Positions 26,800 to 37,666 of a DNA stretch of 64,000 bases are shown piece by piece; the first letter of the stretch is position 1; every line of letters begins with the position of its first letter. Below the pieces are notes generated by a model. The model did not search any database and was not told the DNA's origin. It saw only the letters and a list, made by a program, of their open reading frames with translations. The translations under genes and the position numbers were made by a program. The stretch lies in the IMG/VR virus record IMGVR_UViG_3300036762_000065, positions 160,001 to 224,000 of that record. One strand, 5' to 3'. This DNA comes from a virus. Taxonomy: Duplodnaviria > Caudoviricetes.

Positions 26800-26996
26800 T
26801 TCTTTAGTTCGTTGAGTTTTCGCAATAACTCTGCTTGGAAACTATCTCTTTGTTCATCGGTACACCTGCCTGCAACTACAGGATGTACTTTAATGACTCC
26901 TTGAAATACAGATACAGCTCGCATCATACCTTCTGCTTGTTCTTTTGGTAGGTCAGGGTCTAGGGTTACTGTAAAACCCATAACATACATACTCAT
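26796..26996 (-). CDS. Hypothetical protein
   Basis: Overlapping starts and stops with neighbours. Confidence 0.6.
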   Translation of the reverse strand: MSMYVMGFTVTLDPDLPKEQAEGMMRAVSVFQGVIKVHPVVAGRCTDEQRDSFQAELLRKLNELKK

Positions 26997-27499
26997 GCTC
27001 CTATACTTACTCTTTGTATACGTTTAATGTTGTGTCTGGAGTCCCCTCCTCGCCACGCTAGTTTTACTATAAGCTTTCGTTTGCTGCTTATATCCGTATC
27101 CCTAGTTTTAGCATTGAGTACAACAGATATGGTACCAGTGTGTTCCATAAGTACCATAATGCCGACACCTTCTCGTTTTAAATCTTCTTTGATCGTGCTA
27201 TAAAATTTACTATCAAACAGCTTCTGAGGAATAACGAAATAGAACTTGTCAAACACTCCTATTTGTAAGTAATCGTACCACTTAGTATCTGCCTTGTAGT
27301 CGGAAGCACAACTTTTGATTTCGCAACCTACGAACATGCCTTTAGTATCAAACGTAACAAGGTCTACTCGCCTACTACCCCACGCCTTTACGCCTATTTC
27401 TCTATAAACAGAATAATTCTTCTTCACATAGTAATAGGTAGCAGCGAGTAATAGTTTGTCTGTTATTACTCGCCTAGTTACTTTAGGAACGTTAAGCAT
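26993..27499 (-). CDS. MmcB-like PD-(D/E)XK nuclease
   Basis: EI....RVDLV...CEIKS..DY..D.KW.DY....DKFYFV.P. Confidence 0.8.
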   Translation of the reverse strand: MLNVPKVTRRVITDKLLLAATYYYVKKNYSVYREIGVKAWGSRRVDLVTFDTKGMFVGCEIKSCASDYKADTKWYDYLQIGVFDKFYFVIPQKLFDSKFYSTIKEDLKREGVGIMVLMEHTGTISVVLNAKTRDTDISSKRKLIVKLAWRGGDSRHNIKRIQRVSIGA

Positions 27500-29132
27500 T
27501 GAGATTTATCCTTCTTTTTGCCTCTCTCAGCACATCGTCAACTTCTTGCAAGGTATTCAATTTCTGCCTTAATATTAGTTTTGTTATAAAACTAAAGGTT
27601 TCGTCTATTGTCTTCCTGCCTTTAAAATAAAATTCAAATAGTGTTTGCATCTCCCTTGCTAGATCATTAAACACTTGATCGTGCTTCCCAGACAGGTTAG
27701 CGTAACTACGTGCATAGTGCAGTTCCTTCAAAGGTTCAATACCTCTAACCAATGTTGTGATTTCCCGTTTAAACGCGGGTAATTTCATAAATAAGCTGTC
27801 AGGAGTGTCTTGCCAGAATTTAAACAGATACGCCCTATCGGCCTCTGTAAGCACATCTAACACAGACTCCTTTAGTAACCCGGAGGACGCGGATTTCTTG
27901 TATTCAGGCATTCCACTATTTAACATAACTATGGTTGCAAATCTCAAAAAAGACAAGACTCTAACTTTTTCAGTGTGTTGAACTATGGATTTTATATTTT
28001 CAGAAACATCCATTGTATCGTGCTTTGGAACTATCTTTTCTGCTATAGTGCCTGTGAGATTTTTAATAATGTCATGTACGCGAGGATTTAATGTAAGATT
28101 AGTAAATTTCTTACGTGTGTTATTCAACGTAAATTTCTTTGTCAGGGAAGGGAACTTAGTTACGAAAGGGTCTCGGGTTTTACCGTAAGCATAGTTCGTG
28201 TAAACACCGTGACCTACTTTGGCACCGTATGCTCCTATTATGTCCTGTATGTGCTCTTTGAACGGAGCGTTTGAATAAACTCCTCTGAACGAATCGTTGT
28301 TATAAACAATTAAAGTATATAAATCAAGGTCTAATTTATCAACAGGCATATCCGCTGTATATTCAGGTACTTCAAACCCTAGAGCATTAAGTCTCTTAAC
28401 AGCCTGTACGAACAAAGGCCCGTGCCCATTACGTATATTATTCTCATCATACTCGGTCTTGCCTTGCTCCACAGCAAGTTTTTTATGATGTAGATGTACC
28501 ATTTCATGAAGAAGCGTATTTACAAGACGCTTCTTGTTTGTAGTAGCGTTTTTACTTATACGTATGGCTTGTTTAAGTATCCTATCTCCCATCCATTCTG
28601 TAAGTGCATTACCTGCTACTTTATATGCATTAATGATAATAAGCTTTGTTTGGACACTCAATACATTATTGAAATACTTTTTGTTTAATAAGTTGAACAA
28701 CCTGTGCAGCTCAGGTCTTGTTACAGGCATGTTGACTTCTGGATAAATCTCGTTTTCTGGAACGTCTTTTGCAGGAACATGCTTTCTAGGTACTAAAGTG
28801 CTCTTCTTGGCAGGAACAAAACGCGCACGTATATTTTGAGGATCAAGACCGCCTGCACCTTTCTTGACATTAGTGCCGTTAACTTTCCCACCGAATCCTT
28901 TAGACTTCTTTATAAGAAAAGAAGCTTCTTTTTCTGTCAGAGTAAATAAAACGCTCACATCGGCAGAGTCAATCAACTTGAAGTTTGAACCTACTTTACG
29001 TATACCAAACTTATCTTTGGGTTCCAAATTTAGATCGTATTTACTGTGATGATTTTCAAAAGATTTTTTACGACCGTAGTATGTGAACCATTCATACAGT
29101 TCTACTTTAGCGGCAGATATGGACACAAGCAT
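27492..29132 (-). CDS. SprT-like zinc metalloprotease domain protein
   Basis: F..LN.KYF, TLLHEMVH and HGP.F motifs. Confidence 0.8.
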   Translation of the reverse strand: MLVSISAAKVELYEWFTYYGRKKSFENHHSKYDLNLEPKDKFGIRKVGSNFKLIDSADVSVLFTLTEKEASFLIKKSKGFGGKVNGTNVKKGAGGLDPQNIRARFVPAKKSTLVPRKHVPAKDVPENEIYPEVNMPVTRPELHRLFNLLNKKYFNNVLSVQTKLIIINAYKVAGNALTEWMGDRILKQAIRISKNATTNKKRLVNTLLHEMVHLHHKKLAVEQGKTEYDENNIRNGHGPLFVQAVKRLNALGFEVPEYTADMPVDKLDLDLYTLIVYNNDSFRGVYSNAPFKEHIQDIIGAYGAKVGHGVYTNYAYGKTRDPFVTKFPSLTKKFTLNNTRKKFTNLTLNPRVHDIIKNLTGTIAEKIVPKHDTMDVSENIKSIVQHTEKVRVLSFLRFATIVMLNSGMPEYKKSASSGLLKESVLDVLTEADRAYLFKFWQDTPDSLFMKLPAFKREITTLVRGIEPLKELHYARSYANLSGKHDQVFNDLAREMQTLFEFYFKGRKTIDETFSFITKLILRQKLNTLQEVDDVLREAKRRINLNA

Positions 29133-29293
29133 AGGTTCTCCAATTGCGATTGCTTAATATCGTCTTCGGTCAGCGTAAATTCTTTTTTATTGTTTAAAAA
29201 GGCAACGTTAATTATATGTATTTCAGGATAGTTCAATGTCCTAAACTGCGTCTGTATACTTGTACTATTATCAAACAACTGTACAGTGTTCAT
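29102..29293 (-). CDS. Hypothetical protein
   Basis: Short co-directional ORF. Confidence 0.4.
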   Translation of the reverse strand: MNTVQLFDNSTSIQTQFRTLNYPEIHIINVAFLNNKKEFTLTEDDIKQSQLENLCLCPYLPLK

Positions 29294-29318
29294 ATAATTA
29301 CCGGCTAAATAGGTGTTG

Positions 29319-29819
29319 TTAAAGAACTACAATCTCTTTAACGCCTGTGAGTTTATAATTCTTTGTAAGTGCTGGAGTTATTTTTGAGAAGTTAATTGCG
29401 TACATGCCACTGTCTGCTATTGTTACCGGAACGCTACAGGTGCCGTTAACTACAACAATTTTTAACATTGCTGCTAGGGTACCGCTTAATTTATTCATTA
29501 GAGGTACATAGTAGGTACCGTTAAATGAAGTATCTATGTTGCTGTCATTGCGAACTTCAACAACGAAGTCTGAAGCCGAGCCTCTCACTAATTCAACAGG
29601 ACCTGATATGTCAATAGTATTTTCTACCAACACAGGAGGAATAAAATTAGTTCCATCAAATGTATAATCACAATCAACTATAACAGAAGAATCAACTACT
29701 TTTGTAAGAGGGTCAGTCTCATCGTATTGCAGAAGACCAGCAGACCCTGAGATAATAGTAATAACAAGGTTACTGTTGTCTAGTTTAACGTACTTTTTGT
29801 TTTCTTCTATCGGTAACAT
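29319..29819 (-). CDS. Putative structural protein
   Basis: YTFDGTNFIPP motif then an Ig-like beta domain. Confidence 0.6.
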   Translation of the reverse strand: MLPIEENKKYVKLDNSNLVITIISGSAGLLQYDETDPLTKVVDSSVIVDCDYTFDGTNFIPPVLVENTIDISGPVELVRGSASDFVVEVRNDSNIDTSFNGTYYVPLMNKLSGTLAAMLKIVVVNGTCSVPVTIADSGMYAINFSKITPALTKNYKLTGVKEIVVL

Positions 29820-29820
29820 G

Positions 29821-30171
29821 CTACTGTACTCCTATATCTTCTATTATTAATATAGCATTAAGTGTTGTAGTCTGACCTTGCGTATTGAAGAGAATATTTT
29901 GACCAGGGCCAAGAAAATAACTTCTACGGTAAGGTGTACCATTATTATTACGAAAGCTATTATTTAGAGGTAGGGAGGACGTGCCGTTAGCTGCAAAATC
30001 CTCTATTGATACCGTCCCACGTATAAGGTTTCCTCCAATAGTTATTGAGCCAGAAGCGGAAGGTATAGTAATTCCAGTTAATATTAATTCAGCTACTTTA
30101 CCTACAGGTAAAGTATAAAGACTTTGATTACCCGACGAACCAATATTTAAATACTGTATTTCTTTAGACAT
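29821..30171 (-). CDS. Putative structural protein
   Basis: LYTLP.GK motif typical of fibre-associated proteins. Confidence 0.6.
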   Translation of the reverse strand: MSKEIQYLNIGSSGNQSLYTLPVGKVAELILTGITIPSASGSITIGGNLIRGTVSIEDFAANGTSSLPLNNSFRNNNGTPYRRSYFLGPGQNILFNTQGQTTTLNAILIIEDIGVQ

Positions 30172-31151
30172 TAGAAGAGCCCTTTACTAAATAATCCTGT
30201 AGAACCACCACCGCTTCCTGTAGGCAAGGGTGATCCGTTTTGTGAGATAGTGCCTATAACATTAAGATTTTTGTTTAATGTAACTGTAGCACCTCCGTCA
30301 ATTCTCAAAAACGCATCACTGGATAAACCGTCCAACAAATCAGCATCTAGTCCTGAACCTGCACCGTCTACGGTTTTAATGGCAATTAACAATTCATTTG
30401 CTGTTGAATAGTGGTTTGTTTGAGAATGGTCATAGGCAATCTTACCCCGATCTCCCCTATATGCAGTAGAAGAGGTCTCACCTAGTGCTAAGTCTGACCC
30501 TGTAGGCACATAAGAAGAGCCTGACCATCGGTATGTAATGTTAGTGTCTATAGCTATATAAATTTTACTGCCTTCTCCCGTAACAGGAAACGCTGCTAAG
30601 TTAGCATGTTCAATAACGTCATCCACGTAAGAAGGTAATTGAGAACTTGGTACACGTCCTTGTGCGTCTAATTGCGCTATACCGTTATTAGCTCCCACCA
30701 AGGTGTTATCGACTTTTAGGTTTAACTCTATTTGTGCAGCACTACTTACGGGCTTATCTGCATCGGAAGTATTATCAACGTTACCGAGACCTATATCAGA
30801 CTTGGTATGTGTATGGCTAATGTCCGAGTAGTCAGAATCATGGTTGTGTGTTAAAGTACTATATTCAGAATCATGGTTGTGTGTTAAAGGACTGTAAGCT
30901 GTGTCATGATTGTGAGTAGAGGGCTGTACTGTGAATTCTGCCCATGTTGTTAAATCTGGACCAAGTTTGTAGTAAGTTGAATCCGCTATAACATAAACTA
31001 AAATACCTTCTTTCCTAGAACCTAATACTATATCATCTCTATCAGTTGTAGTATTTACAACACGAAAGCCGCCTCGTAATTGGGTATCTTCTAGTATGAA
31101 AGGTACAGAACCGGAACCGGGCAACATAAATGAAGATAGAAAAATTGGCAT
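30171..31151 (-). CDS. Tail fibre-like protein
   Basis: HNHD repeats, IGLGNVDNTSD..KPVS, QLPSYVDDV and VDGAGSGLDADLLDG motifs. Confidence 0.85.
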   Translation of the reverse strand: MPIFLSSFMLPGSGSVPFILEDTQLRGGFRVVNTTTDRDDIVLGSRKEGILVYVIADSTYYKLGPDLTTWAEFTVQPSTHNHDTAYSPLTHNHDSEYSTLTHNHDSDYSDISHTHTKSDIGLGNVDNTSDADKPVSSAAQIELNLKVDNTLVGANNGIAQLDAQGRVPSSQLPSYVDDVIEHANLAAFPVTGEGSKIYIAIDTNITYRWSGSSYVPTGSDLALGETSSTAYRGDRGKIAYDHSQTNHYSTANELLIAIKTVDGAGSGLDADLLDGLSSDAFLRIDGGATVTLNKNLNVIGTISQNGSPLPTGSGGGSTGLFSKGLF

Positions 31152-31230
31152 AGAAAAACCTCTTATATAAATAAACTTCTAAGAAACTGCACTAATTTGG
31201 ATAACATTGATACAGTGCTATTCATTTTTG

Positions 31231-32712
31231 TCACTGTAATGAAGCACTTATATCTAATATTCTATACATACCGCGTAGATTATAGAAAAATTGTGTTGAG
31301 TTAGTACCGAGCTGGACCAAATCTTCTCTAAAGCCTAATTGACCTGTTGCAGCAGCAGGAACATAACTTGTATTACTATTGCTAGGTAAGTGTTGATTCA
31401 TAAATAATGAAGCTTCTGCCGATGCTAATGACGGTGATGTGCCGAAAGAATTTTCGTTGTATATAGCTCCAGCCGCAAAGTTATTAGTGTTGATGTTTGT
31501 CTCAGGTATGTTCGATACTCCTAAATCTCCGTATGTAAAATCTCCAAAAGCCCCAGAATGCAGACCTTGTAGGAATTTGCCTGATCCTAACGGAACTAAG
31601 AATTTAAAAAACTCAAACCCTATCGGCTGTACTGTGTCGTTAAATAACAAGGAACGACTAGGTGTTTCCATAAGACCGGAATTAACACTAGAAAAATCTG
31701 ATGCTATTTCTGTATAGGTTAATACGAAGCCTATATCATCCACTGTATCATACGCCAATAGGTGAGTACGATCTGTAACAACAATAGATCCATCCGAACG
31801 GGTATAACTATAAGGGCTTTCTAGGTTGGAATTCACACCAACACTTCGTACCAGTGCAATTTCTTGAAGTGCAGTGGATTTATTTATCGAAACCGTACCT
31901 AACAACGCAGGAACAGACAATGCGTTTATATAAAACTTCCTACAATATATTGTGGTAGACTTAATGCCATCAACAGCATAAAATACAGGACGTAAGGTTC
32001 CTGCGTCATCGTACATTTCATTGGCAAATACAGCATCGCAATACCATCCTGAAGTTGCGTTAGTGTATGCAGCACATTGAGAAGGCAGAGATATTATTCC
32101 TGTCTCACTAACCCTAATCGACAGTAAGAAAGATGTACCGTTAACTATGACATTTCCATTGCCGTCGGTAGAGAACAAAGTGCCGAAAGACGTTGTACCT
32201 GTCCCACCTGAAGTTGTCGAATAACTCTTAGATGACGATTTAGTGTCTATTAAAGTTATAGCCGAACTGGAGATTTCGTAGGAATACGCCAGTACAACAG
32301 AATATTTGTTTTTAGTCGAGCCTGAGGTTGATACTGTATAATCGTGACCTAGATAAACAAGTATCTGATTATCTCTAACTTGAACTGCACCGCCATATAT
32401 AGGTCTAGTTAATCCTGTTGCGGATATATCTAAAGACGCTTCTAAAGTTAACGTCTGTCCACTAACACTGTATATTTCTATCATTCTTACGGTAGCAACA
32501 ACCAGACGGCTAACACTAGCGCACCAGAAAACAGTGTTGACGCCTTGTAGCTGCATCTTACGTATTGTGTTTGAACATGTGTGATACAGAACATATAAAT
32601 CGCTACTTGCTGTAGTTAGAGGAGTGCTCGGGTCAAAAAAAGTATCAACAGTATTTTGCTGTATATTCTGAATTTTTGCAAATGCAGGTTTAAACACCAT
32701 ATTACTAGACAT
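31231..32712 (-). CDS. Putative structural protein
   Basis: 493 aa, Ser/Thr- and beta-rich. Confidence 0.65.
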   Translation of the reverse strand: MSSNMVFKPAFAKIQNIQQNTVDTFFDPSTPLTTASSDLYVLYHTCSNTIRKMQLQGVNTVFWCASVSRLVVATVRMIEIYSVSGQTLTLEASLDISATGLTRPIYGGAVQVRDNQILVYLGHDYTVSTSGSTKNKYSVVLAYSYEISSSAITLIDTKSSSKSYSTTSGGTGTTSFGTLFSTDGNGNVIVNGTSFLLSIRVSETGIISLPSQCAAYTNATSGWYCDAVFANEMYDDAGTLRPVFYAVDGIKSTTIYCRKFYINALSVPALLGTVSINKSTALQEIALVRSVGVNSNLESPYSYTRSDGSIVVTDRTHLLAYDTVDDIGFVLTYTEIASDFSSVNSGLMETPSRSLLFNDTVQPIGFEFFKFLVPLGSGKFLQGLHSGAFGDFTYGDLGVSNIPETNINTNNFAAGAIYNENSFGTSPSLASAEASLFMNQHLPSNSNTSYVPAAATGQLGFREDLVQLGTNSTQFFYNLRGMYRILDISASLQ

Positions 32713-32736
32713 ATATAAACCTATATGTAGAAAATA

Positions 32737-32768
32737 TAAAAGGATGGATTAGCGGACTAATCCATCCT
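32737..32768 (-). terminator. Rho-independent terminator
   Basis: 12-bp stem AGGATGGATTAG/CTAATCCATCCT followed by T-run on the minus strand. Confidence 0.7.
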
Positions 32769-32773
32769 ACGTA

Positions 32774-33169
32774 TTAGAAGAACATTACGTTAGCACGACC
32801 GTCTTGAGGAATCGAGAAAGTGATGGTAATTGTGTTAGGCTCGATCTTAATATTATTCGCATGAATAACATCATCGTTCTCGTCCACAAGTTGAACAACA
32901 CATTTAATATTGTTCTTGTTGTGAGTGATTGTCCACGTTGCCGAAGCAGCACCTTGAACATGCTCTACACCTTCGGCAGTTGTAGGAACAACGCCTTGTA
33001 ACACACCGCCTACTTTACCTAACACTTCGCCGTCATTAAGTGAGATAGTTGCCATTTGTCGTGGGGCAACACCTCTACGTACAAAGACTGTTTCCTCTGC
33101 ACTGTCTGTCTCTAAGAACGGGCGTTTAGGTAATTCTAACTGGATGAAATCCTGAAAGGGATTAGCCAT
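32774..33169 (-). CDS. Putative structural protein
   Basis: HVQ..ASATWTITHN...ITITFS.P..G.A phage structural motif. Confidence 0.7.
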   Translation of the reverse strand: MANPFQDFIQLELPKRPFLETDSAEETVFVRRGVAPRQMATISLNDGEVLGKVGGVLQGVVPTTAEGVEHVQGAASATWTITHNKNNIKCVVQLVDENDDVIHANNIKIEPNTITITFSIPQDGRANVMFF

Positions 33170-34798
33170 TTACACTACCTCCTCGAAGTCTAACTTCAGA
33201 GTGCCAGAAGTGTTTGATCCTGCGAAAGCCGCATCAGATATAAACAAATGCGTACCTACAGGGTCGTACAAACCACTAGCATCAACGATAGTGTAAGAAG
33301 CTACAACATCATTCGTATCATTACGTAAGGTCAAAGGATCCTCTGCGCCGCTATAACGAGCATCCGTCTTGTTGATATCGAGTACAGCACTACCTATAGC
33401 AGCAAAGCGAGCAAATGCAGGGAAAGTGATTTCCCTAAACACAATACCACCTACAGTGTATCCTGAACCGCCTGTAATAACAGTACCTGCAACAAGAGCT
33501 TCGTTTGTCATGCTTAACGTGTTGAATGTGCCAGCACCTTTAGCATCTGCATCTGTAATACGTAAAGTTCTACGCCAGTTGTTACCGCTAGATGTCCAGC
33601 TGCCTTGCCACGTACCAATAGACGCTTCCATTGTGGGTGCACCAGACAGTACTTGCGTAGGTGCAATTTGAACAATGTAATCTTCTCCGGCAGCAGAACT
33701 ACGCAGACGGCTAGGGTTACCAATGATAGTAACAGCAGCAGTTGGTGCTGTATCCGCAATTTTAACACTACCATTACGCACAGTTGTAGCATTGTTAGAT
33801 GCTTTTGTTGCTGTGATGGTATAGTTGTTTGAAGTTACATAAGTACCGCTTGTGCGGGTAGCTGTTTTGCTTGGGAATATAGTTGTAGGGTTATTAACAG
33901 TACCGTTTGAAAATTCATACAGAACGGTGTCTGCATTTGTAATAGTACTTACAACCGTAGCACTCTCACTTCCTTTCAATGCAGACTGACCGCCAGGATA
34001 GGTAACAGCAATAGCAGGCACTGTTGGGAAAGTCTGGTTCAACGTAGCAGTATTAGAACTGTCTACAGCCGCTCCTTCTGTACCTAAGAAGTTTGTTGCA
34101 CTTACACGAACTGCAAGAACACCACTTCTGTTAGATACTGTAGCAGTACCGCTGAATGTTTTAAATCCAGCACCACCGCTGTCACTAGCACCTAGAGATA
34201 AGCTACCGCTTGCAGCAACTCCTACGTTCTTCACTATCATTGCAGTAGCATCGTTAGCTACAACACCTGTAACAGGAACAACGTCACCTTGTTTCAGTTC
34301 TGTTTGTGTTCCAGGCAGTGCTCCAATGACAACACTTTGAACGACAGGACCTTCTGTAGCAAGTGTAATTGTAACAGTAGCACTTGCACCTGTAGAGGAT
34401 ACTACTGTAAAATTACCACTAGCACCTACTACTATATCACGATAACCTTCAAAAACACGCTTATCGCCTACTACTTCAGATATGCTGTCTGCCGCGCTAC
34501 CGTCAACGGTAATGGCAGGGCTATACGTACTAGGTCCACCTTCTGCTAAGAAGTGAATTCGCACGTTTGCCGTATCCGTAATACAAGAAGTCATTACTGC
34601 ATTGACCGGAACTACACCTGCTTGATATTGTTTAGCTGCCACAATACCGCTAGAAGTTGGAGTTACGTTGGTGATGAAAACCGGATTACCATCACCTGTT
34701 AACGCAGAAAGATCCTGTAAACGGACAGCATCGTCTGGATTTTGCGGGGTATAGTTGAGAGTCAACTTACCCAAAGCAACACCATTATGAATGTCCAC
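33170..34798 (-). CDS. Ig-like-domain structural protein
   Basis: G/A/S/T/V-rich tandem beta-sandwich composition; AGGAG RBS. Confidence 0.7.
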   Translation of the reverse strand: MDIHNGVALGKLTLNYTPQNPDDAVRLQDLSALTGDGNPVFITNVTPTSSGIVAAKQYQAGVVPVNAVMTSCITDTANVRIHFLAEGGPSTYSPAITVDGSAADSISEVVGDKRVFEGYRDIVVGASGNFTVVSSTGASATVTITLATEGPVVQSVVIGALPGTQTELKQGDVVPVTGVVANDATAMIVKNVGVAASGSLSLGASDSGGAGFKTFSGTATVSNRSGVLAVRVSATNFLGTEGAAVDSSNTATLNQTFPTVPAIAVTYPGGQSALKGSESATVVSTITNADTVLYEFSNGTVNNPTTIFPSKTATRTSGTYVTSNNYTITATKASNNATTVRNGSVKIADTAPTAAVTIIGNPSRLRSSAAGEDYIVQIAPTQVLSGAPTMEASIGTWQGSWTSSGNNWRRTLRITDADAKGAGTFNTLSMTNEALVAGTVITGGSGYTVGGIVFREITFPAFARFAAIGSAVLDINKTDARYSGAEDPLTLRNDTNDVVASYTIVDASGLYDPVGTHLFISDAAFAGSNTSGTLKLDFEEVV

Positions 34799-34895
34799 AG
34801 ATTAATCTCCTGTAAATTTTAACACACTTATAAATGTATGTGGATAGCTCCACACTGTTAAATTACAAATTTATAGTGTATTTATACGATTGAAC

Positions 34896-34921
34896 AAAAA
34901 AATCGGACAACAAGTGTCCGA
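34896..34921 (-). terminator. Rho-independent terminator
   Basis: TCGGACA/TGTCCGA stem with a 7-T tail on the minus strand. Confidence 0.65.
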
Positions 34922-34928
34922 CATTATA

Positions 34929-35204
34929 CTAAATATTCTGGATAAACTCGTATAGTTCTTTATAGGATCGCGAGGCAATAACAGTTCGATTGTTGTCCAA
35001 CATGTGCATTACGCAACCTACAACGCTAGTACACGGGCGGCGCTCAGGCAAAACAGACCACGCCGCATCCACAAAAAGCATCATACTAACAAAACTGTAT
35101 CGACCGCTCGCTTCAACAAGAACAAACAAATGAGGTGCTTCAAATACTGCAACAATATGTTTTGTAAGATCAATTGATCCAATGTTGTCTTTTGTTACCA
35201 ACAT
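34929..35204 (-). CDS. Hypothetical protein
   Basis: Co-directional ORF. Confidence 0.55.
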   Translation of the reverse strand: MLVTKDNIGSIDLTKHIVAVFEAPHLFVLVEASGRYSFVSMMLFVDAAWSVLPERRPCTSVVGCVMHMLDNNRTVIASRSYKELYEFIQNI

Positions 35205-35211
35205 AAGGCAC

Positions 35212-35580
35212 CTACTTTATACTGGAAACTATTGTCACTCCGGATTGTGTAAACTGCTTCGGCACAACAGAAGTGATTTGAGCTTCTTGATTTTCAATTT
35301 CAGTTAGTGCATCAAAGAATGCTTGTTGCTCCAACCTATACTGCGGCAACTCTTGATTATTGCGAAGTGCTTTAACCTTACCGCTACACCTATCCAATTT
35401 TTCTAAGCGCGGTATAATATATTCCGGTATAACAGATATAGCTTTATGGCTATTCACGATAGCCTTCATCTCGGAACGAGAAACTTCTATGTGTTTAACT
35501 CTACCTGCAGGCAGTTTACTTGCTTCTGCCAAAAGTTTTTCTAATTCGTCTATCGGCTCTACATCTAATACAAGTCTCAT
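35212..35580 (-). CDS. Hypothetical protein
   Basis: AGGA RBS. Confidence 0.6.
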   Translation of the reverse strand: MRLVLDVEPIDELEKLLAEASKLPAGRVKHIEVSRSEMKAIVNSHKAISVIPEYIIPRLEKLDRCSGKVKALRNNQELPQYRLEQQAFFDALTEIENQEAQITSVVPKQFTQSGVTIVSSIK

Positions 35581-35589
35581 AATAATTTC

Positions 35590-35895
35590 CTAGTGGATTA
35601 CTTGGCGGGCGTGTTTGTTAAAAATTCTACCTTGTTCGTCTACATCAACATATTCGTTATCTACTAAATAAGCTAAGGTATCAAAAACATTATCGTAGGA
35701 TTCTAATGTTTCACTGTATTTGAGTGCATACAGCAAATCATCTATCTGTATAACAATATCATCTGAAATATGTGCAGGCTCACACGATACTAATAGGAGA
35801 AGTCTATGTAACATGATTCCATTAGCATCTGTTAGAAAATCAACCAACCGCTTTGGCGATCTTCCTAAACGAGTGAGTACGCAATGAATACACAT
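35590..35895 (-). CDS. Hypothetical protein
   Basis: Co-directional ORF. Confidence 0.55.
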   Translation of the reverse strand: MCIHCVLTRLGRSPKRLVDFLTDANGIMLHRLLLLVSCEPAHISDDIVIQIDDLLYALKYSETLESYDNVFDTLAYLVDNEYVDVDEQGRIFNKHARQVIH

Positions 35896-35909
35896 AGTTT
35901 ATATCTCTT

Positions 35910-36104
35910 CTATGTTAAATAAGTGCTCGGATTTGGAGATAAAAATCTCGATTTAGGCTGCTCTGGAAAATAAACTTTCTCGTTATCTATTCTACGTACA
36001 TGGTGAGGATGTACGCTTTTTAAGTGCTCTGTTCCAAACGGATCATGTTGCCGCACACCCCAAACAGATAACGGGTTTAAGTAACTCCGTTCACTAATAA
36101 TCAT
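35910..36104 (-). CDS. Hypothetical protein
   Basis: ATGA overlap with the gp5-like gene. Confidence 0.5.
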   Translation of the reverse strand: MIISERSYLNPLSVWGVRQHDPFGTEHLKSVHPHHVRRIDNEKVYFPEQPKSRFLSPNPSTYLT

Positions 36105-36919
36105 CCATTGGTCTCCGATCTAGTAGCTTGAATCCTGTGTAGCATACCTACAGTTTCAAATCTGTTCATGTTCACTTTCGTTATATCATTACCGTATATT
36201 ACTGTCATACGGTTACCTTCTATCAATGTAGTTTGATTACCTTTTACGTGTGTATGCATATTGCCTTTATCACCTCCACCTAACAGACCTTGAAAAGGAA
36301 TTTTCTTAGCTGACTTGGGTGATAATTGACTAATTATAGAACCCGGCATGCCTGTAAGATATCCGGGTATCAGACCTTTTGAAGAATGTATTACTTGCTG
36401 TTTATTACCTATAATATACTCATTAACATCGCCTAGTATTGTTATATCAACATCGCCAGGGTTATTTAAAAATACTTCATTTGTTTTCGAGTCGATTATC
36501 ATATACGTGCCGTTGCTGAATCTAAACACAGCCCTATCAGGATAATTGACTTTAGTTTCAGGTAAAATACCCTGTTCGTCCAGTGTATATGATGTCCATA
36601 TAGGTCTATGCGGATCGGCAGTAGGGAATCGTATACTAACTTTATGTTTGACTTTAGGTACATGAAAAGAACCGCTACCACTATCTTCCGGGTTTGATGA
36701 ATACCCTCCGCCTTTAGAGCCGTCACAATGATTATAAAGAGGTATAGCCCAAGGTAAATCATCATCTGGAATATTATCGAATATACCTTTTATCCTTGCT
36801 TTAATTCTGCCTAAGAATCTAGGATCGTTGTTTTTAACGACTTCAGCCTCGTACAGCATATCAGAATCAAGGCCTTGGCGTTTCATATACTTTGTGGCAT
36901 TGATAGTTCCGGACGACAT
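36101..36919 (-). CDS. Baseplate hub/spike protein, gp5/VgrG OB-fold, no lysozyme domain
   Basis: NDPRFLGRIKARI, LPWA, GSFHVPKV, F...DP.RPI; C-terminal V.GN repeats. Confidence 0.85.
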   Translation of the reverse strand: MSSGTINATKYMKRQGLDSDMLYEAEVVKNNDPRFLGRIKARIKGIFDNIPDDDLPWAIPLYNHCDGSKGGGYSSNPEDSGSGSFHVPKVKHKVSIRFPTADPHRPIWTSYTLDEQGILPETKVNYPDRAVFRFSNGTYMIIDSKTNEVFLNNPGDVDITILGDVNEYIIGNKQQVIHSSKGLIPGYLTGMPGSIISQLSPKSAKKIPFQGLLGGGDKGNMHTHVKGNQTTLIEGNRMTVIYGNDITKVNMNRFETVGMLHRIQATRSETNG

Positions 36920-36921
36920 AA

Positions 36922-37197
36922 TTAATCTCCTAGAGCATTACACTTGTCTACATTATATATACATTCCAGCAACTCTAATACAATAATATAAGAGTCTTGA
37001 TCTAGGCTGTCCTTGATATGGTTTAAAAAAATACGTGCTTCTGGCATAGTTTTGAAGTGGTCTGCTATTATACCTGACGCTAAACTTAAAGAACCGTTAT
37101 CCAGCATTGTGAGTACAACTCTTCTAAGTTCCATGTGTGTGTATAACGAATGGACATTTAAAGAAGCTAATTGTTCGGAAGACTTATACATAATCAC
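36922..37197 (-). CDS. Hypothetical protein
   Basis: Co-directional ORF. Confidence 0.55.
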   Translation of the reverse strand: MIMYKSSEQLASLNVHSLYTHMELRRVVLTMLDNGSLSLASGIIADHFKTMPEARIFLNHIKDSLDQDSYIIVLELLECIYNVDKCNALGD

Positions 37198-37666
37198 TTT
37201 TCATCGCATAATAAAGGCACTTTGCTTTAAGTGCTTTCGGTGCATGTAGTACATTAAAATAATAGGCATTAGTAGTTTCAGGCAACTGTATCTGGGACTC
37301 ACTTAACCCCTTATATGTCTGTACACTTATTTCGCTAGTCAGGTTTTCTATATAAATTGACTTAGCCTGTGTATCTAAATTACTTTCTAATTCGTGTATA
37401 AGGTCTAAATCTATCTCGCCTGTAACCGCTTTATTTTCACATAAGAAAACACCATTTTCTTGCACTACATTCTTTTTAGCACAAAACATAAGGAGCCACG
37501 CATGTTGTTCTACACTACTCAACGTATTCCAGTTATAGGAATAAAACTCTTGCTTATCCATGACTGACCTCATATTCGTAGTTGGCCAACACATCTGAAA
37601 ACGTATATCCAGAATTTGTATCTCGGTTCCAGTTAAATAAATTGCGTCTAATTTCTTTATAAGCAT
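37184..37666 (-). CDS. Hypothetical protein (start may be internal, near 37561)
   Basis: The annotated start overlaps the upstream gene by over 100 nt. Confidence 0.55.
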   Translation of the reverse strand: MLIKKLDAIYLTGTEIQILDIRFQMCWPTTNMRSVMDKQEFYSYNWNTLSSVEQHAWLLMFCAKKNVVQENGVFLCENKAVTGEIDLDLIHELESNLDTQAKSIYIENLTSEISVQTYKGLSESQIQLPETTNAYYFNVLHAPKALKAKCLYYAMKSDYV